UHGV virus genome: UHGV-0039449
DNA length: 44,033 nt
DNA from: a virus
Direction: 5' to 3' (one strand)
Shown here: in pieces, positions 1 through 8,869 of the stretch
How positions within the stretch are numbered: position 1 is the stretch's first letter
How the letters are laid out: every line of letters begins with the position of its first letter
Position numbers and translations under genes: made by a program
Notes under the pieces: generated by a model
Database searches by the model: none
Told to the model about the DNA's origin: nothing
Seen by the model: only the letters and a program-made list of their open reading frames with translations

Positions 1-49
1 AAGGTATACTCTCATACCGTCATGAAAATGGTTTCTATACGGGTGAATT

Positions 50-1300
50 GTGCTTACCGATACAAAATTAAAAAACCTCAAGCCGCAGGACAAACTGTAC
101 AAGGTCTCCGATCGTGACGGGCTGTATGTAGCTGTGCTTACGTCAGGCACGGTCTCGTTTCGCTATGACTACCGTATCAACGGTCGCCGCGAAACACTGG
201 TAATCGGGCAGTATGGGCGTGACGGTATCAGTCTAGCAGAAGCTCGAGAAGAACTGATTGCTGCAAAGAAGCTGCTTAAAGCAGGCCAGTCGCCGGCTGC
301 GGCTAAACGTGACGGTATCAAAAAGATTCGTGGTGCCGAGACGTTTGCGGTACATACCGACAGTTATATGAAACACGTCATCCTGGCTGACAGTACCCGC
401 GCAATGAAGCAGGCGGTGATCGACCGTGACATACTTCCGGTTCTTGGCAACAAAATGATGGCTGAAATTACCACATCGATGGTTCGTGATTTGTGTGACC
501 GGATTGTCGAACGCGGTGGTCGGGCAACAGCAGTACAGGCCAGGGAGATCATCAGCAGCGTATACCGTCACGCCAATGACCGTGGTCATGGTTTGTTTAA
601 TCCTGCGGCTGACATTAAACCTTCGTCTATCGCCATATTTAAACCACGAGAGCGAACACTGACACCAGAAGAAATTGGCCTGTTCTTCCGCACGTTGGAT
701 GCCATTGGTGCTATGGGCACTATGAAAATGGCTTTAAAACTGGTGCTTATCACTATGGTTCGTAAGGGCGAATTCACCAATGCAACGTGGGATGAAATAG
801 ATTTTAAAAAATGGACATGGACAATTCCTTCAGACCGCATGAAGGGAAGCCGGGCGCATGTTATTTACCTGCCTAAACAGGCTCAGGATATATTGGTCGG
901 GTTGCAGATGTGCGCTGGTGGAAGTGAATATCTGGTTCCTGGTCGTTACAATTTCAGGAAGCCATTATCTAATGCCGCGCTGAACTCTCTGATCGACAGA
1001 ACGGTGAAAATAATAAATGAAGATGGTGAGCATATTCAGGACTTCACCGTACACGATATGCGCCGTACAGCCAGTACGTTGTTGCATGAGGCTGGTTATC
1101 CTTCAGACTGGATTGAAAAGGCTCTGGCACATGAGCAGAAAGGTGTGCGCGCCGTATATAACAAAGCGGAATACGCCAGGCAGCGCGCCTACATGTTGCA
1201 GCAGTGGTCCGATATGATTGATTCCTGGATTAACGGGGAGCATACGGATCTGATTCCGTTCTCCCCGTCGAAGTTTGAGAAGTGGATGGCGGGGGAATAG
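50..1300 (+). CDS. int: Tyrosine recombinase / integrase, P4-type
   Basis: 416-aa ORF. N-terminus (LKNLKP...DGLYV...FRYDYRINGRR) resembles the P4-family arm-binding domain; C-terminal catalytic region with VHDMRRT...AVYNKAEY. Sits at the left edge of the phage block. Confidence 0.9.
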   Translation: MLTDTKLKNLKPQDKLYKVSDRDGLYVAVLTSGTVSFRYDYRINGRRETLVIGQYGRDGISLAEAREELIAAKKLLKAGQSPAAAKRDGIKKIRGAETFAVHTDSYMKHVILADSTRAMKQAVIDRDILPVLGNKMMAEITTSMVRDLCDRIVERGGRATAVQAREIISSVYRHANDRGHGLFNPAADIKPSSIAIFKPRERTLTPEEIGLFFRTLDAIGAMGTMKMALKLVLITMVRKGEFTNATWDEIDFKKWTWTIPSDRMKGSRAHVIYLPKQAQDILVGLQMCAGGSEYLVPGRYNFRKPLSNAALNSLIDRTVKIINEDGEHIQDFTVHDMRRTASTLLHEAGYPSDWIEKALAHEQKGVRAVYNKAEYARQRAYMLQQWSDMIDSWINGEHTDLIPFSPSKFEKWMAGE

Positions 1301-1303
1301 CGT

Positions 1304-1498
1304 TTAATAGTTCTGCTGATTTTCTTCCATCTCTGCTTCTGCTGCCAGTGATTCAATTTTGTTTTCGAATATTGCTGACAGTGTTGCAAATTCAGCATCA
1401 GTGACAGCGGGAATTGGAACAAACCTGATCCCGCTGTGTGCAAGCATGTTTGCAGTTTCAAGGCATTTCCTTAAATCTGCTGGTGATGCCCTGTTCAT
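1304..1498 (-). CDS. Hypothetical small protein (64 aa), translationally coupled to the methyltransferase
   Basis: Its ATG overlaps the methyltransferase stop in an ATGA motif (plus-strand tcat at 1495-1498); last gene of the leftward early operon. No recognisable domain. Confidence 0.35.
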   Translation of the reverse strand: MNRASPADLRKCLETANMLAHSGIRFVPIPAVTDAEFATLSAIFENKIESLAAEAEMEENQQNY

Positions 1499-2145
1499 GC
1501 TGCACGCTCCCGCCCCTGGTTGTCTGTTGGTGACAGCGGAGCATTGCTGAATGCATTTGTTAATCTGGCAATATCCAACGCGTATCCAGGGTGTAGTTGC
1601 ACTGCCGGGTCTTCGCACTGATTACCCCAAACATCGAAGCCATGAGACGACTGGCGGGCGAACAGTTCAATGCGAGAAACATCGCCTAACAATTGCACAA
1701 GTTTTTCACGAACGACATCTGGTTTTCTTGAATGCTCAAGCCGCGGTGCGGTAAATGACTGAACGATCCCTGCATTAATGCGCGGAGGTAGTTTTCCCTT
1801 TACTGCAAACAGGCAATCTTCACTATTGGCGCGAGTCATGTGACCCATACCCATAACCAGTTTATCTGGTTGTCGACTACCACATTTTATCCACGTGAAT
1901 CCCTTCATGGTCATCAGACGGAATCCCCAGGCTTCAACAACTTTTAGTGCTTCGAGTGGTTGTGTTGGCACCCACCACATGGCCAACAGACAGTTTTCAT
2001 CGGCCAAATCCCACACAGGAAGGCGGCAGATATCCAGCACACTCATAACCGGATATTTAAAACCGGCACCGCGATTACCATCTGCGGCTTTGTCCCGGTA
2101 TACCCAGGGTGGATCTGCATAGATTAGTGTGTATTTCTTAGTCAT
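1495..2145 (-). CDS. DNA N6-adenine methyltransferase, MT-A70 family (phage Dam-like)
   Basis: Motif IYADPPW near the N-terminus and ...ELFARQSSHGFDVWGNQ near the C-terminus, as in MT-A70 methylases. Start is ATG 2145 or GTG 2157. Confidence 0.8.
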   Translation of the reverse strand: MTKKYTLIYADPPWVYRDKAADGNRGAGFKYPVMSVLDICRLPVWDLADENCLLAMWWVPTQPLEALKVVEAWGFRLMTMKGFTWIKCGSRQPDKLVMGMGHMTRANSEDCLFAVKGKLPPRINAGIVQSFTAPRLEHSRKPDVVREKLVQLLGDVSRIELFARQSSHGFDVWGNQCEDPAVQLHPGYALDIARLTNAFSNAPLSPTDNQGRERAA

Positions 2146-2389
2146 AAACCACCCCACAACATCCTATGCCGCTATAGTCGCCACGGCGAAGGCCGTTACC
2201 TTTTGTGATACATTGGTCCCTGCGAACCGCGATCCTTGCACGTTCAACATCACCAGAAGCAACATCCATACACTGAAGCCAAAGGTGAGCGGTAATGCGG
2301 AACTGCCCTTTTTTCTCTCTTTCAATCGCGCGTTTTTCGATCTCTATCGCCGCAGGAGTAACGGCGACAATCTTTGACTGACTGCGCAT
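2138..2389 (-). CDS. Hypothetical protein
   Basis: ORF in the leftward operon; AAGG Shine-Dalgarno 5 nt before the ATG at 2389; overlaps the methylase start by a few nt. No recognisable domain. Confidence 0.35.
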   Translation of the reverse strand: MRSQSKIVAVTPAAIEIEKRAIEREKKGQFRITAHLWLQCMDVASGDVERARIAVRRDQCITKGNGLRRGDYSGIGCCGVVYD

Positions 2390-2546
2390 TGAAACCTTAT
2401 TCATGTGATATTTTTCAAGTCGGCTTAACTTTCTCACTTAATCCAACCCTCTCTGAAAATTAATGCCAGCAGATAAAGCCATGCTGAAACAGAGGCCAGG
2501 AATAAGTACCATCCTGACCATTTGCTCCAGTGCCTTAGCAGCGCAC

Positions 2547-2795
2547 TCATGCAGCGTTGCTCACGGGACGATATACACGTTGCTGAACAGGAGGTTTTTT
2601 ACCCTGGAACTCTGCCGGGCTTGCTGCCTGACGTTCATCAAGCCAACGCTCAACTTCGTCACGGTTCCATGCGCAGCGTTTGTCAGTGATATACCAGCGT
2701 TTAGGAAATTCCCCTGCGCGCTCCATACGGTCGATAGTGCTCCATGACAGTGGCACCACCGCCAGGAGTTCCTTCTTACCTAATGCACCTTTCAT
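2547..2795 (-). CDS. AlpA-family HTH transcriptional regulator / excisionase-like
   Basis: 82 aa; LSWSTIDRMERAGEFPKRWYITDKRCAWNRDEVERWLDER matches the AlpA/Xis-type winged HTH; GAGG RBS 6 nt upstream. Confidence 0.75.
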   Translation of the reverse strand: MKGALGKKELLAVVPLSWSTIDRMERAGEFPKRWYITDKRCAWNRDEVERWLDERQAASPAEFQGKKPPVQQRVYRPVSNAA

Positions 2796-2844
2796 AAATA
2801 CCTCTCTTGGTTGCAGTGCGGCGCGTGTGGCGGCGCGGTGGTGG

Positions 2845-3786
2845 TTACATAGATGTTTCGTTTAATTCTTCCCGACGAACGCTGTAAACGTCGGTGGCTT
2901 TTGCCAGCAGTTCGTCATCATCTGAAAGTTTTTGTGCAATGTATTTGTAAGCCTTATCCAGTTCGGAGACAGTGCTGTAATTCATCGCTGCGCTGGTAAA
3001 GGCCATCAGCATTTCTTCTGGATCACGGCTATCCGCTTTACGAGTTTGCTCATCAGGCTTTTTCACTGGTTTAGCGTTGATCAGACTGTTCATTCCCGCA
3101 GCAGTAGTTGTTTGCGGAGTAATGTCTCGCTCAACGCGCGGTGCCGTTTCCTGTAATTCGTCTGGTGTGTAGACGCCCATGATTACGTCAGGACAGTGCA
3201 AGCGAGACCAGCGTTTTGTCGCAAGGTATGCGAGTTGTTGTTTCGGATCACTGGCCCAAAGTGTGGAGTTTCTTACCTGTGCTTGAGACAGCATTAACTC
3301 AAGCACTCGAGGTTGATCCTCGCCCTTCATGGTTGCCCATACGCGAACACCGCAGCCTTCTTCGTCTTTTAGAGTCCAGCCTGGTGCGATATATGGATTG
3401 CCGTTTTTGGATGTTTTCTCAACAAACTTACCGATCACGCGTTCCCACGGCCCGAACCACTCGTAGTTGATGCGATCTTTTGTTGGCGACATCGTTGAGA
3501 TAACTGCGTTTACTAATTGGGCTTCATAACCTAGCGTGCCGTTCACAACATGGGTTTTCTGAGCAACGGCAAACGGGTTCATTCCCCACTGCGCAGCCTG
3601 CATTGCCACGGCCATGCAATCAGCTGGTTTCCCGGCGAGGTGCGCCGGTACCGTTACGCGGCTTTGCGCCATTACCTCGGCGAATTTCATCAGTTGGTTC
3701 AAGCCGTCTGGGCTGAAAATAGTTGCAGCAGTTCCAGCGATTGCTGTGTCTACTGGTGCGTTGATGTTTGCGATGTCGTTGCTCAT
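2845..3786 (-). CDS. recT: RecT-family single-strand annealing recombinase
   Basis: About 313 aa with RecT-like core (GMNPFAV...AYLATKRW). ATG overlaps the stop of the upstream exonuclease gene (ATGA). Confidence 0.8.
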   Translation of the reverse strand: MSNDIANINAPVDTAIAGTAATIFSPDGLNQLMKFAEVMAQSRVTVPAHLAGKPADCMAVAMQAAQWGMNPFAVAQKTHVVNGTLGYEAQLVNAVISTMSPTKDRINYEWFGPWERVIGKFVEKTSKNGNPYIAPGWTLKDEEGCGVRVWATMKGEDQPRVLELMLSQAQVRNSTLWASDPKQQLAYLATKRWSRLHCPDVIMGVYTPDELQETAPRVERDITPQTTTAAGMNSLINAKPVKKPDEQTRKADSRDPEEMLMAFTSAAMNYSTVSELDKAYKYIAQKLSDDDELLAKATDVYSVRREELNETSM

Positions 3787-4604
3787 ATGTACATATCCTG
3801 TTTGCGTGCCCACTCAGGGCGTTTAATGATTTCCACACCGCCCCATTCATCATTGATGCGGCATTCGTGATAGGTATTCAGATCCCGGCGGAACAGAGCG
3901 TGCCCGGCATCGACATCCTGCGCATCCAGCTCGAACACGCGTACCGGATACCGACCACAATCAATGCTTTCGCTCACGGCAAGAAAGAAAAAACCATGCG
4001 GCTGACCAGTAACCCTCATTGCGCCTTCGCGGTACATTGCGTCCTGCACGTGGTAGCGGAATTCTTCGATGTGGCGTGCAAAACGGTCCATATCTGCAAC
4101 CTTTTTCACGTCGACGATCACGTTGTGCTCGTTCAGCCATTTGTCTGGACGAATGCGGCACAACTCACCAGTCTCTTCATCGTTCCAGTACATTGATGCT
4201 TCGCAGTAACCAGGTGCTTCCAGCATCCAGCGTGCCGCCGGGTGAGCCATTGCGCTATCACGCATCAGCTCCAGTTTCCGCCACTGCTCGGCATCAAGTA
4301 CCGCAATCCCCATATCCGCTACATCACGAAGAAATGCTTCTTCGTCAGCTTTACCTTGTTTCGTCCGACGATCGAACTTTGGTGAAACAATGAAGCGTTT
4401 GTCGAATTCTCCAGGTTCAAGAAGCAGACAGTGCAATGCAGTTCCCATATCTAGTGCAGACTTTTTCTCTTCGTCTTCTGGTGCTGCCTGAACCCATTTA
4501 AGAAGCGCCGGATTCTTGGCAACCATGTCCAGTTGCGACTTACTCACGCCGTCACCGGCGTGGTAGTCCTCATTGCTGATGTCGAAATAGATGCCAGTAT
4601 TCAT
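3783..4604 (-). CDS. RecE-like PD-(D/E)xK exonuclease (exonuclease VIII-type)
   Basis: 273 aa; N-terminus GIYFDISNEDYHAGDGVSKSQL and IVDVKK motif typical of the RecE C-terminal nuclease fold; paired with RecT. Confidence 0.75.
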   Translation of the reverse strand: MNTGIYFDISNEDYHAGDGVSKSQLDMVAKNPALLKWVQAAPEDEEKKSALDMGTALHCLLLEPGEFDKRFIVSPKFDRRTKQGKADEEAFLRDVADMGIAVLDAEQWRKLELMRDSAMAHPAARWMLEAPGYCEASMYWNDEETGELCRIRPDKWLNEHNVIVDVKKVADMDRFARHIEEFRYHVQDAMYREGAMRVTGQPHGFFFLAVSESIDCGRYPVRVFELDAQDVDAGHALFRRDLNTYHECRINDEWGGVEIIKRPEWARKQDMYI

Positions 4605-4807
4605 AACTTAACCTTGTATTCGTTCTGCTTGTTGGAACGGGTTCCATCGTGGAAATATATTGCGCTCCTGGTTACCTCTACCCATTTGCGACGTTCAAGC
4701 TCAGCGATGAACCAAGAAACCTTCGATCTTGAGATACCAAGAATCTTTGCCATATCTCGGATGCTGTGTTTTCCACCTCGCAGCAATGAGATGAGTGTTG
4801 GTTTCAT
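4601..4807 (-). CDS. Small HTH DNA-binding protein
   Basis: 68 aa; SIRDMAKILGISRSKVSWFIAELERRKWV is HTH-like; overlaps both neighbours by 4 nt. Confidence 0.5.
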   Translation of the reverse strand: MKPTLISLLRGGKHSIRDMAKILGISRSKVSWFIAELERRKWVEVTRSAIYFHDGTRSNKQNEYKVKL

Positions 4808-5103
4808 GCCGCGTCCCTCTGTCCATCAAGCTGATCCGCCAGATCCCAGCGGGCGATAATTGCCATTGCCTCTCGCCGATAGGCATCCATCAGTTCTTCG
4901 AACTCAGGGCTGTCTTTAGCAGCCTCCAGTACTTCCTGGCGAACGCCTTTGCCTGTTACAACGTCGAAAGTTGAGGACAGTTGATGAATTCGGATGCTCT
5001 CAATCAGTTCAACTTGTCGGTCATATAGCTGTTCTGACAGGCGGTAGTCCTTGTCGAATGCCAGCATGATTTTTTGAAGATTTTTCTGCTGATTAACGTT
5101 CAT
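4804..5103 (-). CDS. Hypothetical protein
   Basis: 99 aa from ATG 5103, with GGGAGGG RBS 6 nt upstream. No recognisable domain. Confidence 0.45.
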   Translation of the reverse strand: MNVNQQKNLQKIMLAFDKDYRLSEQLYDRQVELIESIRIHQLSSTFDVVTGKGVRQEVLEAAKDSPEFEELMDAYRREAMAIIARWDLADQLDGQRDAA

Positions 5104-5105
5104 TA

Positions 5106-5258
5106 TCAGCCCTCCCATATCTCGTTATCGTTGGCCACATCGCGAGCTTCTTTGCTGACGAAAGCCCACTTAATGCCTTCCTGTAAGGTGCGGAACTTCC
5201 AGCTCATGAATCCGCATGCAGTAACGCAGTACCAACCGTTGATGATTTTCCACTGCAT
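5106..5258 (-). CDS. Hypothetical small protein (50 aa), first gene of the leftward operon
   Basis: Hand-translated MQWKIINGWYCVTACGFMSWKFRTLQEGIKWAFVSKEARDVANDNEIWEG; not in the ORF track because it is under 60 aa. Stop is 2 nt before the next start. Confidence 0.3.
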   Translation of the reverse strand: MQWKIINGWYCVTACGFMSWKFRTLQEGIKWAFVSKEARDVANDNEIWEG

Positions 5259-5340
5259 AACTTGTTACCTCGGTCTGTTACCGTTGAGGTAATAATTATG
5301 CGTATCTGGTTTGATGTCAATAGATATGAGTTAAAAAAAA

Positions 5341-5355
5341 TTACCCAAAAGGTAA
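5341..5355. promoter_or_regulatory. Palindromic site TTACC-CAAAA-GGTAA (candidate operator at the leftward early promoter)
   Basis: Perfect 5+5+5 palindrome between the repressor terminator and the start of the leftward operon. Confidence 0.55.
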
Positions 5356-5365
5356 TCTAACAGGC

Positions 5366-5390
5366 AATAAAAAAGCCGCCATGAGGCGGC
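5366..5390 (-). terminator. Rho-independent terminator after the repressor gene
   Basis: Minus strand GCCGCC-TCAT-GGCGGC followed by TTTTTTATT. Confidence 0.6.
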
Positions 5391-5412
5391 TTACTTGCTG
5401 AAAACTATAGTT

Positions 5413-5997
5413 TTATTGTTTGTTTTTTTCGTTCTGGTTGATGACAAATTCAATGTAACTTTCGATCTTTGCTTTCTCGGTTTCGGGTAACAATGCGTAG
5501 CGCGAGCGGTCATAGTTGATAGTCGCAGGGTCGTGCGGGTGAATCAGTAATTCATAGCCATGACGCCCGAATGCGGATGCAACATTCTCCAGGGTGGAAA
5601 TGGAAACGCTGACCTCATTGTTTAACAGGCGGCTGATTGTCACCTGGGCGACGCCGGATGCGCGGTGAAGTTTTCCCTGCGTTGAAAGGTCGCGGCTTTC
5701 GCTCATCCAGCGTTCCAGGTTGTGAGCCGCCAGCTGACCAATGTCGCTTGGGCCGACAGGCTGAAAACCTTCCTGAGAAAGCGAGCGATCGATATCAAGC
5801 CAGTTACGGGGTTTATTGGCGGCAGCTTCAATTTTTCGTGCAACCTGGTCGCCGATAACCTTCTTGCCAAGAGCCCAGCGGTTTACCAGATTTGCCTGAG
5901 TTCCAAGTTTTTCTGCCATCCGCGTCTGAACACCATTGAATTCACGGTCGATCAAGTCGTTGAGATTTTGCCTGCGGACGTCCTGGATACTTTTCAT
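5413..5997 (-). CDS. Putative prophage repressor with tandem XRE-type HTH domains
   Basis: 194 aa with two HTH-like segments (MAEKLGTQANLVNRWALGKK... and VAQVTISRLLNNEVSVSISTLENVASAF). Divergent from the Cro-like gene, with three palindromic sites between them. No S24 peptidase motif seen. Confidence 0.6.
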   Translation of the reverse strand: MKSIQDVRRQNLNDLIDREFNGVQTRMAEKLGTQANLVNRWALGKKVIGDQVARKIEAAANKPRNWLDIDRSLSQEGFQPVGPSDIGQLAAHNLERWMSESRDLSTQGKLHRASGVAQVTISRLLNNEVSVSISTLENVASAFGRHGYELLIHPHDPATINYDRSRYALLPETEKAKIESYIEFVINQNEKNKQ

Positions 5998-6052
5998 TTT
6001 CTGGAAAATCGCCTCATATATGAATCAGTAGATGATTCAATTTAAAGCAATA

Positions 6053-6115
6053 TTACCCAACAGGTAAATGCACCTCATGGGTAACTATCCTTGATTTTTG
6101 TTACCTTATGGGTGA
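6053..6115. promoter_or_regulatory. Three clustered palindromic sites between repressor and cro-like genes
   Basis: 6053-6067 TTACC-CAACA-GGTAA (perfect); 6070-6084 GCACC-TCATG-GGTAA (degenerate); 6101-6115 TTACC-TTATG-GGTGA (one mismatch). Confidence 0.6.
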
Positions 6116-6151
6116 ATATTTATTATCTGAAATAAATATCAGGCAATAGCT

Positions 6152-6382
6152 ATGAGCGATAACGGACATTTCGATTTCAAAAAGCACTGGCTTGCACTTA
6201 CTCCGGATGAGCGTGAAGCCTTCGCACAGGAAGCCGGAACGACGAGTCACTATATCCAGACTCACTTAACAGGTAAGCGCAAAATGCCAGGTAAAGTATT
6301 GATGAATGGGCTTTTTAAAGCCTGTAAAACAAGACAATGGCTGCGCTCAAAAGCAGAACTGGCATACTTCTTCTACTCATGA
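6152..6382 (+). CDS. Cro-like small HTH regulator
   Basis: 76 aa, divergent from the repressor; FAQEAGTTSHYIQTHLTGKRKMPGK is HTH-like; followed by a terminator. Confidence 0.5.
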   Translation: MSDNGHFDFKKHWLALTPDEREAFAQEAGTTSHYIQTHLTGKRKMPGKVLMNGLFKACKTRQWLRSKAELAYFFYS

Positions 6383-6404
6383 TATCCAGCTACAACCCTC
6401 TGTA

Positions 6405-6429
6405 GACCGCCACCCGGCGGTCTTTTCAT
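6405..6429 (+). terminator. Rho-independent terminator after the cro-like gene
   Basis: GACCGCC-ACCC-GGCGGTC followed by TTTTCAT. Confidence 0.6.
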
Positions 6430-6437
6430 ATCTATTC

Positions 6438-6452
6438 GTACCTCAAAGGTAA
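6438..6452. promoter_or_regulatory. Palindromic site GTACC-TCAAA-GGTAA
   Basis: Directly after the terminator downstream of cro, ahead of the replication operon. Confidence 0.45.
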
Positions 6453-6532
6453 TAAATAACCAAATCTGGTTGATCTTTTTTTTGTGTCAGCACAAAATAA
6501 CCGTAATCCCAATACTAATAACAGGTCTTACC

Positions 6533-6733
6533 ATGGAAATCATTACACGTATTGATGCCGCAAAGCGCGGACTTAAACGCTACTACACCGGAAAAACATG
6601 TAAGCACGGACATGACAGTGAACGCTGGGTTTACAACGGACACTGTGTTGAGTGCACCATGGAATCAAACCGTCGTATCAGGGCAGAGATTAAGCAGATC
6701 ATGATTAATTCCTCCCCACAACATTCAAGCTGA
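6533..6733 (+). CDS. Hypothetical Cys/His-rich small protein
   Basis: 66 aa MEIITRIDAAKRGLKRYYTGKTCKHGHDSERWVYNGHCVEC...; sits between the early terminator and the O-like gene. Confidence 0.4.
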   Translation: MEIITRIDAAKRGLKRYYTGKTCKHGHDSERWVYNGHCVECTMESNRRIRAEIKQIMINSSPQHSS

Positions 6734-6748
6734 TAGCGGAGATTAATC

Positions 6749-7564
6749 ATGAGCAGACATGCAACAGATTGGGCCTGGGAGACAGATCCAGGTAGCTCGT
6801 CATTAAAGCTCATACTGCTCTCGATGGCTGACAGAGCCGATGAATATAACCTCTGCTACCCCAGCATAGAACGCCTCGTTAAAGACACTTGCCTGAATAA
6901 AAAAACCGTGCAGGCCGGACTTATATCGCTCATGAAAATGGGGCTTATTTCAGATACCGGAGAGAGAAAGGGAGCGACGAAAAGAGTGCGGGTTTTCTCT
7001 CTTAATATAACCAAAAACGGGAACATTAAAGGCAACCGGGAAGGGGATAATGAACCCGAAAACGGTAATGTTACCGAAAACGGGAATATACCCAAAAACG
7101 GGATGTTGAATGATCCCAAAAACGGGATGTTGAATGATCCCAAAAACGGGATCCAGAACCAGTCATATAACCAGTCATTTAACCAAGAGAGGGAGAGCAG
7201 GACAAAAACCGGGGATTCTGTGCCTCATGACCCCGGCGCAAACAACGCCGTGATGAATAACTTTGTTCCTCCTGGTGGGCCAGGGCAATTAGGCAAATTT
7301 GTCATGCATGAACAATGGCACCCATCAGATGACTTTCTTCGGAAAAGCTCATTGCAGGGGATCTACCTGGACAGTCTGCCAACGGCACAGGAACTTGCAG
7401 AGTTCAGAATTTACTGGATGGCTGAGGGTAAGGCATACCATCAGGCACAGTGGGAGCAGAAGCTGGCAAGGCGGCTGCAGATTAGCAGACAGAAGCAATC
7501 AACATTACCTGATAACAACGTTCCGCACTGGAACAGCCCTGAAGCGTGGGAGGATTTCTTGTGA
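6749..7564 (+). CDS. Replication initiator (lambda O-like; N-terminal HTH, iterons inside the gene)
   Basis: 271 aa; N-terminal HTH-like domain; the central NG-rich peptide repeats are encoded by the DNA iterons; immediately upstream of the P-like gene. Confidence 0.7.
   Translation: MSRHATDWAWETDPGSSSLKLILLSMADRADEYNLCYPSIERLVKDTCLNKKTVQAGLISLMKMGLISDTGERKGATKRVRVFSLNITKNGNIKGNREGDNEPENGNVTENGNIPKNGMLNDPKNGMLNDPKNGIQNQSYNQSFNQERESRTKTGDSVPHDPGANNAVMNNFVPPGGPGQLGKFVMHEQWHPSDDFLRKSSLQGIYLDSLPTAQELAEFRIYWMAEGKAYHQAQWEQKLARRLQISRQKQSTLPDNNVPHWNSPEAWEDFL
7011..7156. repeat. Six iterons (core CCnAAAACGG), candidate replication origin inside the O-like gene
   Basis: Copies start at 7011, 7055, 7073, 7091, 7115 and 7139; copies 4 and 5 are identical 24-mers CCCAAAAACGGGATGTTGAATGAT; copy 2 reads GGTAA where the others read GGGAA/GGGAT. 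Confidence 0.65.
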
Positions 7565-8346
7565 ACAACGTTTTTACCGCGATACAAAACCGTGACGGAG
7601 AAGCCCTTTCTCGCATGTCAGGTTATGAGCATCAGTACGTCAACAATGACAATGTGGTGAACATGTCAGCAGAGAGGCTTGTTGATGCCCTTTTCAAACA
7701 GCTGAAACAACTGTTTCCGGCGGCAGTGGTAACCAACCTGAAGACGCCAGAGCAGGAAGTTGCTGCAAAACAGCAGTGGATTGCTGCGTTTGCCGAAGGG
7801 GGAATACGTACCCGTGAACAGGTTTCTGCTGGTATGCGCCACGCCCGCGCCAGTGAATCTCCGTTCTGGCCGTCGCCAGGGCAATTCATCAAGTGGTGTA
7901 AAGACAGCAAGATGGTTCTTGGCGTCACCATTGACGATGTGATGGCGGAGTTTCACCGGTACAGCAAGGAAAAAAGTTTATATCCTGGTGGTCCCGAAAG
8001 ATTCCCGTGGCGACATCCGGTTATGTACTGGGTCGTATGTGATACCCGCCGTGCAATGTATCAGCGCCAGCTTAGCGAGATTGAGGTTGAGAAACACGCG
8101 CGCAGGCTGCTCGATGATTGGGCGAAAAAGGTGGCTTCCGGACAGCAGATACCCGATCCGGTGATCAGCATACAGGCAAAGCCAGAACCCATGAGTACAC
8201 CTCCGGACACAGGGAGAGACGTTTACCATCCACCAGGGCGAAGTTTCGGGTGCATGCCTAACGCCGCCACCCTTGGGGGAATAACACCAGCGCAGTGGCT
8301 GATGGAGGAATACAAGCGGGGAAAGGCGGCAGGATTTATCAAGTAA
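7561..8346 (+). CDS. Replication protein P-like helicase loader
   Basis: From my recollection of lambda P, the segment WIAAFAEGGIRTREQVSAGMRHARASESPFWPSPGQFIKWC...YPGGPERFPWRHPVMYWVV aligns to it. GTG start at 7561 with GGGAGG RBS, overlapping the O-like stop. Confidence 0.75.
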   Translation: MNNVFTAIQNRDGEALSRMSGYEHQYVNNDNVVNMSAERLVDALFKQLKQLFPAAVVTNLKTPEQEVAAKQQWIAAFAEGGIRTREQVSAGMRHARASESPFWPSPGQFIKWCKDSKMVLGVTIDDVMAEFHRYSKEKSLYPGGPERFPWRHPVMYWVVCDTRRAMYQRQLSEIEVEKHARRLLDDWAKKVASGQQIPDPVISIQAKPEPMSTPPDTGRDVYHPPGRSFGCMPNAATLGGITPAQWLMEEYKRGKAAGFIK

Positions 8347-8351
8347 TACCA

Positions 8352-8372
8352 GCGCGATAGCGCATTTTTTTA
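8352..8372 (+). terminator. Weak terminator-like hairpin plus T-run after the P-like gene
   Basis: GCGC-GATA-GCGC followed by ATTTTTTTA; short stem. Confidence 0.35.
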
Positions 8373-8383
8373 CGTCTCAACAA

Positions 8384-8460
8384 TTACCTATCAGGTAATA
8401 AAATATTCTAAACTCTATTGATTTCGTGTCTTATGTGGTTTTTAATTACCTTAGAGGTAA
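8384..8460. promoter_or_regulatory. Two perfect palindromic sites flanking a putative promoter
   Basis: 8384-8398 TTACC-TATCA-GGTAA and 8446-8460 TTACC-TTAGA-GGTAA (ends 4 nt before ATG 8464); TTGATT-N17-TTTAAT between them. Confidence 0.5.
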
Positions 8461-8463
8461 ATC

Positions 8464-8808
8464 ATGAGAAAACAGATACAGGCTCTTGGTCGACTCAAAA
8501 CAGGCCAGATGAACAAAACAGAATCTGCGTATTGCCAGCACCTTGAGCTGCGTAAACGTGCAGGGGAAATCGCCTGGTATCGATTCGAGGGTATCAAGCT
8601 GCGGTTAGCTGACAACACGTTCTATACGCCCGATTTTGCTGTGATGCTCGCCACCGGCGAGATGGAACTGCACGAAGTGAAAGGTTTCTGGACCGACGAC
8701 GCCAGGGTGAAAACCAAAGTCGCCGCAGATCAGTATCCGTTCCGAATCATCGGGGTAACGGTTAAGCCAAAGAAAGCAGGTGGTGGCTGGAACATCGAAG
8801 AGTTCTGA
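8464..8808 (+). CDS. DUF1064-like phage protein (possible PD-(D/E)xK fold)
   Basis: 114 aa; FYTPDFAVMLATGEMELHEVKGFWTDDARVKTK pattern; first gene of an operon preceded by two palindromic sites. Confidence 0.5.
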   Translation: MRKQIQALGRLKTGQMNKTESAYCQHLELRKRAGEIAWYRFEGIKLRLADNTFYTPDFAVMLATGEMELHEVKGFWTDDARVKTKVAADQYPFRIIGVTVKPKKAGGGWNIEEF

Positions 8809-8869
8809 ATCGACGATCTTTTTAGTTATCAATGTAATCAATAAGTTATGTGGATAAGCGAGGGTAAAG

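Noticed and set aside
3-18. Inverted repeat GGTAT-N6-ATACC just upstream of int as a possible att core
   Set aside because: Only 49 bp of left flank is available and no matching repeat was found at the right end; cannot be supported from this window.
7011-7156. Regularly spaced direct repeats as a possible CRISPR array
   Set aside because: The repeats are short, lie inside a coding sequence where they encode peptide repeats, have no unique spacers of regular size and no cas genes nearby; iterons explain them better.
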